A DNA stretch of 64,000 bases from a virus. The notes beneath the pieces are model-generated. The model saw nothing but the letters and a program-made list of their open reading frames with translations. It searched no databases and had not been told where the DNA came from. The stretch's first letter is position 1, and each line of letters begins with the position of its first letter. Shown here in pieces: positions 1-8,910 of the stretch. The stretch is taken from positions 1 to 64,000 of IMG/VR virus record IMGVR_UViG_3300009702_000018. The stretch is one strand, 5' to 3'. The position numbers were made by a program, and so were the translations under genes.

Positions 1-9
1 ATTATTATT

Positions 10-200
10 ATTCTAGAATCTATTCTAGAATCTATTCTAGATTCTATTCTATATTCTATTCTAGATTCTATTCTAGAATCTATTCTAGAATCTATTCTAG
101 AATCTATTCTAGAATCTATTCTAGATTCTATTCTAGAATCTATTCTATATTATTACTATTCTAGATTCTAGTATATATTCTAGTATATATTCTAGTATAT
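10..200. repeat. Tandem array of about 15 copies of a 12-bp unit with core ATTCTAG (ATTCTAGAATCT / ATTCTAGATTCT, then ATTCTAGTATAT); possible origin or iteron region
   Basis: Read directly; most units contain the palindrome TCTAGA; array may extend past the window edge. Confidence 0.9.
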
Positions 201-243
201 ATTATTATATTATTTGTTATATTAGTATATATTAGTATACATG

Positions 244-350
244 TTCTTCTTCTTCTTCTTATTCTTTTTCTTATGTCTTTTCTTTTTCTTCTTCTTCTTC
301 TTCTTCTTAAAAATATGATTAAATAATTTTTATGATTAAATTATTTTATG
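244..350. repeat. Pyrimidine-rich (CTT)n tract followed by a short TATGATTAAAT duplication
   Basis: Read directly: ttcttcttcttc runs, then tatgattaaataattt-ttatgattaaattatttt. Confidence 0.7.
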
Positions 351-423
351 GAACCAAAAATGGAAGGAAAAAGGTATATAATCACGATTCAGAGGAAAAC
401 ACTCCTAACCTATAGCCTGAGAC

Positions 424-477
424 TCCATTCTGGCTGCCATAGCCTTCCGCTGCCAACGGCAAATTAGGTAGGCTATA
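424..477. repeat. 54-bp structured element, copy 1
   Basis: 49/54 identical to 28581-28634; contains ATAGCCT/AGGCTAT and TGCC/GGCA inverted repeats. Confidence 0.9.
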
Positions 478-654
478 TAAGTATACGCTTTTATAAAAAA
501 TAGGTGTTTTTGGGCTAAAAATGAGGTGTCAAAAAAAGGAAGAAAATAGACATATTTTGGAATGATAAATAAAATTTAATAATAAAAATAAAAAATTATT
601 ATTTTTTTTTAAAAAAATGTAAAATTATAAGGAAATTCAGATATTTAATAAATG

Positions 655-695
655 AAAGGAGTATGATTTGGATATTAATAAATTTAAAAATAGTT
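655..695 (+). repeat. 41-bp direct repeat covering RBS and first codons, copy 1
   Basis: aaaggagtatgatttggatattaa identical to 1800-1823; 37/41 identical overall. Confidence 0.9.
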
Positions 696-1795
696 TATCA
701 GAAAATTTTGAATATTTAACCAAACAACTTATCACATGTATTGGTAATAAAAGATCATTACTTCCAAATATTCATACCACTGTTCTTCACATAAAAAAAC
801 GATTGAAGAAAAATCATCTTCGCATATTAGATGCTTTTTCAGGATCTGGTATTGTTAGTCGATATTTTAAACAACATGCAAAATATTTAGCAACCATTGA
901 CATTGAAGATTATGCCACAGTCATTGCTCGTTGTTATCTAAAAAATAAAAGTGAAATTAATTTATCAGCCATTAAAAAAATAGTAATAAATTTTAACAAC
1001 ATTGTTGAAAATGTTGAATTTCCAATGGGATTTATAGAAGAAATGTATGCACCAAAATCAATTAATCATATAACCAAAGACGATCGTGTTTTCTATACTC
1101 CCAACAATGCTCGCCGCATTGACAACTATCGAAGACTTATTATGGATCTTCCAATATCTATTCAAAATCTTTTTATTGGACCTCTTTTAAGTGAAGCATC
1201 AATACATACTAACACATCTGGAGTATTTAAGGGATTTTACAAAGATAAAAAAACTAAAGTGGGACGCTTTGGTGGAACAAATGGAGATGCATTAAAACGC
1301 ATACTTGGACAAATTCAACTTGCTGTTCCAATTCTTAGTCAATATGAATGCGAAGTAGATGTGTTTCAAGGTGATGCAAATAAAATTGCTCCGACATTAA
1401 AAGATCTTGATCTTGTTTATTTGGATCCTCCTTATAATCAACATCCATATGGGTCAAATTATTTTATGCTAAACTTGATAGCCAATTACAAAAAACCAGA
1501 AAAAGTAAGCAAAGTATCTGGAATCCCAGTTGATTGGAGACGATCTAAATATAATAGTCGTTCTTATTTTTATGATCAGTTTTACAATTTATTGAAATCA
1601 CTACAATCTCGTTTTTTAATCATTTCATTTAATAATGAAGGATTTATTTCTCGAAATGATATAATTCAAATGTTAAAACATATTGGCTCTGTAGAAATAA
1701 CCGATATTAAATATAATACTTTTCGTGGTTGTCGAAACATTAACAATCGAGAAAAATATGTAAACGAACAACTTTTTCTTGTCGAAAAATTCTAA
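668..1795 (+). CDS. DNA adenine methyltransferase (alpha class, D12-like)
   Basis: Motif I DAFSGSG near the N-terminus, YLDPPY near the C-terminus, IGNKRSLL N-terminal motif; AAGGAG RBS and TTG start. Confidence 0.9.
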   Translation: MDINKFKNSLSENFEYLTKQLITCIGNKRSLLPNIHTTVLHIKKRLKKNHLRILDAFSGSGIVSRYFKQHAKYLATIDIEDYATVIARCYLKNKSEINLSAIKKIVINFNNIVENVEFPMGFIEEMYAPKSINHITKDDRVFYTPNNARRIDNYRRLIMDLPISIQNLFIGPLLSEASIHTNTSGVFKGFYKDKKTKVGRFGGTNGDALKRILGQIQLAVPILSQYECEVDVFQGDANKIAPTLKDLDLVYLDPPYNQHPYGSNYFMLNLIANYKKPEKVSKVSGIPVDWRRSKYNSRSYFYDQFYNLLKSLQSRFLIISFNNEGFISRNDIIQMLKHIGSVEITDIKYNTFRGCRNINNREKYVNEQLFLVEKF

Positions 1796-1799
1796 AATA

Positions 1800-1840
1800 A
1801 AAGGAGTATGATTTGGATATTAAAATTTTTAAAAACAGTT
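1800..1840 (+). repeat. 41-bp direct repeat, copy 2
   Basis: Matches 655-695. Confidence 0.9.
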
Positions 1841-1998
1841 CGGCGACAACGATAGAAGACAGAATTAAAAAATATATAGGAAATAGAAAAGACTATAAAA
1901 TCTTAATGAACTCTGTATTTTTTAGAGATAAATATAACCACCCCTCCGTAGAATATATAGCAACAGTAATTTTAGATAAAAAATATGAAAAAAACTAA
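1813..1998 (+). CDS. Hypothetical protein
   Basis: Strong RBS; N-terminus MDIKIFKNS resembles MTase start MDINKFKNS. Confidence 0.6.
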   Translation: MDIKIFKNSSATTIEDRIKKYIGNRKDYKILMNSVFFRDKYNHPSVEYIATVILDKKYEKN

Positions 1999-2013
1999 AA
2001 TAAGGGAAAAAGC

Positions 2014-2199
2014 ATGAATGATGTCATTTTATACGAAATTAGCTACTATGGTTACCTATTCAATTGTCCTCACTGCAAATCCATAAACAATATTGAAAAA
2101 ATTAAGAAATATGAAAAAGATGAACATCAAGAGATTGTGTGTTGGAAGTGTGGCAGAATAATTGACATATATTACAAACCATTAATTCTTAAAAAGTAA
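2014..2199 (+). CDS. Small zinc-ribbon protein
   Basis: CPHC...CWKC; RBS AAGGGA. Confidence 0.65.
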   Translation: MNDVILYEISYYGYLFNCPHCKSINNIEKIKKYEKDEHQEIVCWKCGRIIDIYYKPLILKK

Positions 2200-2210
2200 G
2201 GAGATAAATC

Positions 2211-3512
2211 ATTAAAACCGCTGATATTAGAAATTCATTTTTAAATTTTTTTAGAAAAATGGGACATCGTTTGATTCCTTCATCGTCAGTCATCCCAAAA
2301 AATGATTCTACTTTGTTATTTACTAACGCAGGAATGAATCAATTCAAAGATATTTTTGCAGAAAAAAAGAAACCCGATTACCCACGAGCAGTTAGTTGTC
2401 AAAAATGCATAAGAGCAAGTGGGAAACATAATGATTTAAATCTTGTTGGATTCACTCCAAGACATCATACTTTTTTTGAAATGCTTGGGAACTTTTCTTT
2501 TGGTGATTATTTTAAAGAAAAGGCTATTTATTTAGCTTGGGAATGGCTTACAAAAGAATTAAAAATTTCTCCAAATAATTTATATGTTACTGTGTATAAT
2601 GCAGATAATTATACTTTTGATTTATGGAAGAAGATAGCTTCAGAATTAAAAGATGATCATATTTTATATTTTGGCGAAAAATATAATTATTGGTCAATGG
2701 GCAAAACAGGTCCTAATGGAGTATGTACAGAAATACATTATGATTTAGGAAAACAATTTGGGAATAGTAAATCTGATGTTGTGAATGGAAACACTAATCG
2801 TTTTATAGAAATATGGAACTTGGTATTTCCACTATTTAATCAACAATCCAACGGGAAAATAACTCGTCTTTCCAAACCTTATGTTGACACAGGGGCGGGA
2901 TTAGAGAGATTAGCATCTATTATGCAAAATGTTAATTCTAATTATGATATTGATATTTTTCGCAATTTAATTAAAGCCATTTCAGATTTAGCAAATAGGA
3001 AATATGAAGATGATCAATTTGCTCACCAAGTTATTGCTGACCATTTAAGAGCATTAACTTTTGCTATTGCCGATGGTTCTGAAATTTCCAATAAGGGTCG
3101 CAATTATGTTTTAAGACGCATACTTAGACGTGCTTCTTATTATGGTTCTTTATTAGAAATTGAAGAACCCTTTATTTATAAATTAGTTCCAGTTTTAGTA
3201 GATGAAATGGGAGATGTTTATCCAGAAATTAAAAAAAGACAAGAACATATTATGAGGACAATTAAAAATGAAGAAGAAATATTTAGTAATACTTTACATA
3301 GAGGAGTAAGAAAAACAGAAAAAATTATTCAAAAAACAAACGGTAAAATCATTGATGGTAAAGATGTTTTTATATTATACGACACTTATGGGTTTCCATA
3401 TGATTTGACAGAAGCGATCGCAAAACAAAACGAAATGAGTCTTGACAAAAATGGATTTGAAAAATTTATGAATGAACAGAAAAAAAGATCGCAAACATCA
3501 AGGAAAAATTGA
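2211..3512 (+). CDS. alaS: Alanyl-tRNA synthetase, N-terminal aminoacylation and tRNA-recognition part only (no editing or C-Ala domain); probable ATT start
   Basis: TLLFTNAGMNQFK, QKCIRASGKHNDL, RHHTFFEMLGNFSFGDYFK, EIWNLVF, DTGAGLERL, IADHLR, YVLRRILRRA, LYDTYGFP; in-frame extension IKTADIRNSFLNFF upstream of 2259 with AAGGAG 7 nt before ATT. Confidence 0.93.
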   Translation: MKTADIRNSFLNFFRKMGHRLIPSSSVIPKNDSTLLFTNAGMNQFKDIFAEKKKPDYPRAVSCQKCIRASGKHNDLNLVGFTPRHHTFFEMLGNFSFGDYFKEKAIYLAWEWLTKELKISPNNLYVTVYNADNYTFDLWKKIASELKDDHILYFGEKYNYWSMGKTGPNGVCTEIHYDLGKQFGNSKSDVVNGNTNRFIEIWNLVFPLFNQQSNGKITRLSKPYVDTGAGLERLASIMQNVNSNYDIDIFRNLIKAISDLANRKYEDDQFAHQVIADHLRALTFAIADGSEISNKGRNYVLRRILRRASYYGSLLEIEEPFIYKLVPVLVDEMGDVYPEIKKRQEHIMRTIKNEEEIFSNTLHRGVRKTEKIIQKTNGKIIDGKDVFILYDTYGFPYDLTEAIAKQNEMSLDKNGFEKFMNEQKKRSQTSRKN

Positions 3513-3543
3513 TATTTTATAATAAAGAAACAAAATTAAAAAA

Positions 3544-4344
3544 ATGAAACAAAAAAATAAAATCAACGATATAGATTTAAATAAATGGAAGGAATATAAA
3601 GATATTCTTACTGATAGTTTGTGGATTTTTAAAAGACGAGATAATTCGGGATCTCATAATGCAAATTATTGGGGAAATTTTATTCCCCAAATACCAAATC
3701 AAATGATGAAAAGATTTACTAAAAAGGGGGATTGGATTTTAGATACATTTGCTGGTTGTGGGACAACTTTAGTAGAAGCACAAAGATTGGGTAGAAATTC
3801 AATTGGTATAGAGTTGCAGTCCGAAATTGCCGACATAGCCAATCAGATTATTCAATCAGAGCCAAATAAATATAACGTTATTTCTAATGTTATAAACGAC
3901 AATAGTTTATCCGTTGATTATAAAGAATTAATAAAAAAATATAATATAGATTCAGTACAATTATTGATTATGCATCCGCCATATTTTGATATAATAAAAT
4001 TTAGCGATGATCCAAATGATCTTTCCAATGCTTCTTCTTTAGAAGATTTTCTTCAAATGATGGAGAAAGTTGTGGAAAAAGCATTGACTATTTTAGATAA
4101 AGGAAGATATTTTGCTTTGGTGATGGGAGATAAATATTCAAAGGGTGAATGGATACCATTGGGATTTTTAACAATGGAACGAATTCTAAAAAAAGAAGTT
4201 TCTCTTAAAAGCATAATTGTAAAAAACTTTTAAGAAACGTTTGGAAAAAGAAATCAAAAATCATTATGGAGGTATCGTGCTTTAATGGGCGGTTTTTATA
4301 TTTTCAAACATGAATATATTTTTTTGTTCAAAAAGGATAATTAA
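3544..4344 (+). pseudogene. DNA amino (N4-C/N6-A) methyltransferase interrupted by in-frame TAA at 4231-4233
   Basis: WGNFIPQIP, DTFAGCGT, HPPY; after the TAA the frame continues ETFGKRNQKSLWRYRALMGGFYIFKHEYIFLFKKDN, resembling the family C-terminus. Confidence 0.8.
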
Positions 4345-4356
4345 AGGAAATAAATT

Positions 4357-4692
4357 ATGACAAGACAAAATATGTGGCTTAAAATATCAAGAGCTTATGC
4401 TACACCATTTAAAGATCGAGACAACGAACAAATATTTATAGCTCATGCTGGTTTGTGTTATGCAATTGATCATTTTCTATTACGTGATGTATCACCAAAA
4501 ATAGTAAAAAAAGCTCGTATGTTTTTTAAAGCCGAATTTGGAAATTATAAATATTGGTTTCCTACTTATGGAGATAAAAACTTTAAAAGAAAATATGACA
4601 ATATCAGATCTTTATTTGCTTGTTTTATGGCAACAATGCCAGAAAATGATTATGAAAATTTTATTGTCGATTTAAAAACCCAAAAAAAATAA
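4357..4692 (+). CDS. Hypothetical protein
   Basis: ORF with AAGGA RBS, coupled to next gene by TAATG. Confidence 0.65.
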   Translation: MTRQNMWLKISRAYATPFKDRDNEQIFIAHAGLCYAIDHFLLRDVSPKIVKKARMFFKAEFGNYKYWFPTYGDKNFKRKYDNIRSLFACFMATMPENDYENFIVDLKTQKK

Positions 4693-5972
4693 TGAAATAT
4701 CCAGAAGAATTCATCAATAAAATAATTCAAGGTAATTGCATTAAAGTCATGCAAGAAATCCCCGAAAATTCTATTGATTCAATTATTACAGATCCCCCAT
4801 ACGGTTTATCTTTTATGAAAAAAGAATGGGATTCTTTTAAGAAATCAAAGGGATATGAATTTCAAATAAAAAATCTTAAAATGAAAACCAATCAAACTAA
4901 ATTAGAACAAAATATGAATTTTTTATCTTGGAATGTAGCATGGATGAATGAAGCAAAGCGAGTATTAAAACCAGGTGGAATTATTCTTATATTTTCGGGT
5001 ACAAGAACACAGCATTTAACAGGAATGGCTTTGGAGTTATCGGGTTTTGTTATTGCAGATACTTTAATGTGGTTATATGGTTCTGGGTTTCCCAAAGCAA
5101 TGGAAATTGGGAAAATGATTGATAAATCTAAAAATTTAGATCGAGAAGTAGTTGAAAAAAAATATAGTTCAGATATAACAAAGGGCAATTATATTAGAGG
5201 AGGAAAGAAAAATATAAATAGAATTATAGAAAAAACAAAACCCAATAGTCAAGAAGCAATTGATTGGAATGGATATAGAACAATTGGATTGAAGCCAGCC
5301 TATGAACCTATTATTCTTGCATATAAACCTCGTGAAGGAAATTATGTAAATAATATATTAAAATATAAAACAGGTGCTTTGAATATCGATGAATGTAGAA
5401 TTGGAGGAGAAGATAAAATTAAACCTTCATACAGAATAGACAAAAAATCGACAGTAATACCAATAGATAAGAAAAAAAAATATTTAAAAGATTTAGGAAG
5501 ATTCCCATCGAATGTTATTATAAATGAAGAAGTCGCAAATCAGATAGATCAACAATCGGGTATTAAAAAAACAATAGCTCAAAAAAATTATGGGTTTAAT
5601 AAAAAACCTTTATCAAAGACAAATACTTTTGCATCAAGAGGGACATATATTCCACGAGAAGATGTGGGGGGAGCATCAAAGTTCTTTTATTGTGCCAAAG
5701 CCACCCCCCAAGAAAAAATGAATAATAATCATCCAACTGTCAAACCAATAAAATTAATGACGTGGCTATGTCAATTAACCAATTCTCCATATGAAAATGT
5801 TGTATTGGATCCATTTGCGGGATCTGGATCTACAATGATTGCTTGTATGAGAACAAAAAGAAATTTCATAGGGATTGAGAAAGAAGAAGATTATGTAAAA
5901 ATAGCAAAAGAAAGAATTCAAAAAGAAAAAAATAAAAAAGAATCAAAACGAACATTAATAAGGAAAAAATAA
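4692..5972 (+). CDS. DNA N6-A/N4-C methyltransferase (beta class)
   Basis: IITDPPYGLSFM, WLYGSGFPK, LKPAYEPI, GRFPSN, HPTVKP, DPFAGSGST. Confidence 0.92.
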   Translation: MKYPEEFINKIIQGNCIKVMQEIPENSIDSIITDPPYGLSFMKKEWDSFKKSKGYEFQIKNLKMKTNQTKLEQNMNFLSWNVAWMNEAKRVLKPGGIILIFSGTRTQHLTGMALELSGFVIADTLMWLYGSGFPKAMEIGKMIDKSKNLDREVVEKKYSSDITKGNYIRGGKKNINRIIEKTKPNSQEAIDWNGYRTIGLKPAYEPIILAYKPREGNYVNNILKYKTGALNIDECRIGGEDKIKPSYRIDKKSTVIPIDKKKKYLKDLGRFPSNVIINEEVANQIDQQSGIKKTIAQKNYGFNKKPLSKTNTFASRGTYIPREDVGGASKFFYCAKATPQEKMNNNHPTVKPIKLMTWLCQLTNSPYENVVLDPFAGSGSTMIACMRTKRNFIGIEKEEDYVKIAKERIQKEKNKKESKRTLIRKK

Positions 5973-5986
5973 TATTTAATAATGCA

Positions 5987-6934
5987 ATGTTTAATTTAAC
6001 TTACAGACCCGAATCTTTTTCAGAGTTTATTGGGAATACAACCCAAATAGAAAACTTGCTGAAAAAATACCCAAAGTGGCCTTCTACTTTTTTATTAACA
6101 GGTCCTCCTGGAATTGGAAAAACAACATTGGCTCGATTAATAGCAAAACAGCTAAAATGTAATTCACTTAATATTAAAGAAATTGATGCGGGTCATGATA
6201 GAGGAATAGATACTATAAGAAATATAATTAAAGAATCTTATAATCGTCCTCTTATAGGTAAAACAAAAGTTTATATTTTTGATGAATGTCAGAGCTTAAC
6301 AAGAGAAGCTCAAGAAGCTCTTTTAAAGACAACAGAAGAAGCTCCACCAAATACTTATTTTATATTTTGTTCAACAAATCCACAAAAAATCATTAAAGCA
6401 TTGCTTGCAAGATGTAAAGCTGGATATATAAATTTAAAACCAATGAATAAACAAGAACTTGCAATACTGATTAAAAGAATTTGTGAACAAGAAGGAATAA
6501 AAATTGAAGGAATAATCAAAAAAATAGCAATTCTTTGTGTTAAAAATTCAGAGGGTATTCCACGTAATGCTATAATGCTTTTTGATAGATTCCATCAATA
6601 TACTGATATTCAAGCAGTAGCAGATGAAATGAAAAATATTGATGAAATATATGTGGAGCAAGAAATTTGGGATATGGTCAATGCTCTGGATTCAAAAAAT
6701 ATGATTCAATTTTTAAAATATTTTTCTGAAATGAAAAGGGGCAATTATGAGGGATTTAGAATTACAATGGGAAATATTTTTAAAAAGAAATTATTAAAAG
6801 CAATGCAAAAAACAGATTTAACAAATATTCAAAAATATATAGACATACTACAAATATTTAATTCCCCCGTTAATAATGAATTAGGAGATATAGAATTAAT
6901 TTATAGATTTGGAAAATATTATGGTACTTTATAA
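5987..6934 (+). CDS. Clamp-loader AAA+ ATPase, DNA Pol III gamma/tau-like
   Basis: YRP, Walker A GPPGIGKTT, RGIDTIR, Walker B IFDECQ, ALLKTTEEAP, ARC. Confidence 0.88.
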   Translation: MFNLTYRPESFSEFIGNTTQIENLLKKYPKWPSTFLLTGPPGIGKTTLARLIAKQLKCNSLNIKEIDAGHDRGIDTIRNIIKESYNRPLIGKTKVYIFDECQSLTREAQEALLKTTEEAPPNTYFIFCSTNPQKIIKALLARCKAGYINLKPMNKQELAILIKRICEQEGIKIEGIIKKIAILCVKNSEGIPRNAIMLFDRFHQYTDIQAVADEMKNIDEIYVEQEIWDMVNALDSKNMIQFLKYFSEMKRGNYEGFRITMGNIFKKKLLKAMQKTDLTNIQKYIDILQIFNSPVNNELGDIELIYRFGKYYGTL

Positions 6935-7169
6935 ATTTAATGAAGAACAAATAAAAAAAGCAAAACTTTTTATTAAAAAATTAAAAGTTAAAAGAAAAAT
7001 GTGGGAAAAAGAACGAGACAAGGCAGATAGAGATAGAAAACGATTTCCCAAGAAATATTATCATAACATAACAGAGAGAATGAAAGACGCAGAAAAAGAA
7101 ATTAGACATATAAATAAAAAAATTAAAGAATTGGAACAAGTGGTAAAATATGGAGAGTTTGAATTTTGA
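6921..7169 (+). CDS. Hypothetical coiled-coil protein
   Basis: ORF fills the gap in a dense operon. Confidence 0.55.
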   Translation: MVLYKFNEEQIKKAKLFIKKLKVKRKMWEKERDKADRDRKRFPKKYYHNITERMKDAEKEIRHINKKIKELEQVVKYGEFEF

Positions 7170-7558
7170 AAAAGGTTTATGTGGCTGGTGCTTACAATGG
7201 AGATAATATTGGTGAAATATTAAATAATATGAGAATAGGATTAAAGGTTAGTTCACATTTATTATCTTTAGGATATGCTGTCTTTAGTCCTTGGACGGAT
7301 TTTCAATTATTCTTAACTGACGATTGGGATGCAAAAAAAATAGCACAAAAAGCAAAGGCAGCTTCTTTAGAATGGCTTAAAGTTAGTGATGCTATATTTG
7401 TAGTTCCAAATGAAAAAAATTATACATCCAAAGGATTAAAAGAAGAAAGGAAAGTAGCGAAATATTTTAATATTCCCATATTTGAAGATATAAAGAAAAT
7501 GGATAAGTATTTAAAAAATAAAGAAGATAAAGAAGCGTTAGTACCTTATAATAAATGA
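7166..7558 (+). CDS. DUF4406/DUF1937-like protein (nucleoside deoxyribosyltransferase-like fold)
   Basis: KVYVAGAY, GYAVFSP, WLKVSDAIFV, SKGLKEE. Confidence 0.7.
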   Translation: MKKVYVAGAYNGDNIGEILNNMRIGLKVSSHLLSLGYAVFSPWTDFQLFLTDDWDAKKIAQKAKAASLEWLKVSDAIFVVPNEKNYTSKGLKEERKVAKYFNIPIFEDIKKMDKYLKNKEDKEALVPYNK

Positions 7559-7773
7559 ACAAAGAATATTATATAATAAAAAAAGCCCCACGACAATTAC
7601 TTGAAATGGGTATATATCTTAATGATTTCATTGAATTAAAATATGTAATGGGTAATATTTTAATTAAAAATCTTAAAAAAAATATTTTAATAGGAATTAA
7701 TAAAAATATATTAAAAGAAATGGAATTAGAGAAAATCCATCATATAGAGAAAAATGATTATATAAAAAAATAA
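7555..7773 (+). CDS. FeoA-like (SH3-like) small protein
   Basis: RQLLEMGI motif and size resemble FeoA. Confidence 0.5.
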   Translation: MNKEYYIIKKAPRQLLEMGIYLNDFIELKYVMGNILIKNLKKNILIGINKNILKEMELEKIHHIEKNDYIKK

Positions 7774-7779
7774 AAGAGA

Positions 7780-8736
7780 TTGACGATGGAAATAAAAATG
7801 AAATATAATGAAATAATTAAGGGTGATTGTATAGAAATTATGAAAAATATACCCGATAATTCTATTGATATGACATTTGCTGATCCTCCTTTTAATTTGG
7901 GTAAACAATATAATGTATATGATGATACAAAAAAAACTAATGTTTATTTAGATTGGTGCAAGAGTTGGATAAATGAAATGGTTAGAATTACAAAACCTAC
8001 TGGTTCTATATTTGTACACAATATACCTAAATGGCTTACTTATTATTCAAATTTTTTAAATGAAATCGCCTATTTTAAAAATTGGCTTGTATGGGATGCA
8101 TTATCAAAACCTGCAGGAATGGGGTTACAACCTGCTCATTATGGTATATTATATTATCATAAAAGTTCAAAGAAAGCTAAATTTTATAAAACTCGATATC
8201 CACATAAACGTTGTAGTGAATGTGGTTGTCTTGAAAAACATTATGGTGGTAGCCCAGTACATCCTTTTGGTCCATTAATTTCTGATGTATGGACAGATAT
8301 TCATCGTGTGAGAGGTAAGAAAAATAGGGATAAACATCCTTGTCAACTACCAATACCACTATTAGAAAGAATTATTCTTATGGTTACAGATGAAAATGAT
8401 ATTGTATTGGATCCCTTTGTTGGTACGGGAACAACAGCTATTGCTGCTAAAAGATTGGGAAGAAGATTTATTGGAATAGATATGGATGATTCATATGTAA
8501 AAATTTCCAAAAACAAACTTGAAAAAACATCATCAAATTCTAAAGTTGGTGATGTTTGGGTTAGTTTTTATCATAATAAAATACGAACTATCAGAAATAA
8601 AGATTGGACAAAATTATCATCATATTTCCCAGTTGCTAAAGACATAAAAGATATTAATTTTAAGGTAATGAATCCAAAAGCAAGAAGTATTATATCAAAT
8701 AAAAATATACGTTTTAAAGAGGCAAAATCATATTAA
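7780..8736 (+). CDS. DNA N6-A/N4-C methyltransferase (beta class)
   Basis: FADPPFN, SDVWTDIHR, HPCQLP, DPFVGTGTT. Confidence 0.92.
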   Translation: MTMEIKMKYNEIIKGDCIEIMKNIPDNSIDMTFADPPFNLGKQYNVYDDTKKTNVYLDWCKSWINEMVRITKPTGSIFVHNIPKWLTYYSNFLNEIAYFKNWLVWDALSKPAGMGLQPAHYGILYYHKSSKKAKFYKTRYPHKRCSECGCLEKHYGGSPVHPFGPLISDVWTDIHRVRGKKNRDKHPCQLPIPLLERIILMVTDENDIVLDPFVGTGTTAIAAKRLGRRFIGIDMDDSYVKISKNKLEKTSSNSKVGDVWVSFYHNKIRTIRNKDWTKLSSYFPVAKDIKDINFKVMNPKARSIISNKNIRFKEAKSY

Positions 8737-8831
8737 AGAGGTAGAAACATAAAGAAAGGAAACAAAAAAGAATATGACAATAAATAATAATGAAAAAATT
8801 TCCTTTAATGACAAAGATAGAAAGGAGAACT

Positions 8832-8890
8832 CGATGGTTAGCGACAAGAAGTTTCTTCATGTTGCCAACCATCGCTGACTAGTCATGAAG
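8832..8890 (+). promoter_or_regulatory. GC-rich hairpin leader overlapping a short upstream ORF
   Basis: CGATGGTT...AACCATCG closes a 43-nt stem; alternative pairing CTTCATG/CATGAAG; palindrome TGACTAGTCA. Confidence 0.5.
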
Positions 8891-8910
8891 GCTTATTTAA
8901 TGTCCCTATT

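Noticed and set aside
1-200. CRISPR array
   Set aside because: Contiguous 12-bp units with no unique spacers
348-467. 39-aa ORF MEPKMEGK...PTAN overlapping the 54-bp element
   Set aside because: No convincing RBS, and the second copy of the element is intergenic, so the element is better read as non-coding
424-477. tRNA, hammerhead or HDV-like ribozyme
   Set aside because: No T-loop, cloverleaf or CUGANGA/GAAA core, and HDV P1/P1.1 pairings could not be built by eye; left unassigned
4231-4233. Genome-wide stop-codon reassignment
   Set aside because: Long genes read intact in code 11, and TAA, TAG and TGA all end genes; this is an isolated case
8876-8878. Selenocysteine UGA
   Set aside because: In-frame readthrough meets another TGA after 11 codons; the long ORF is in a different frame
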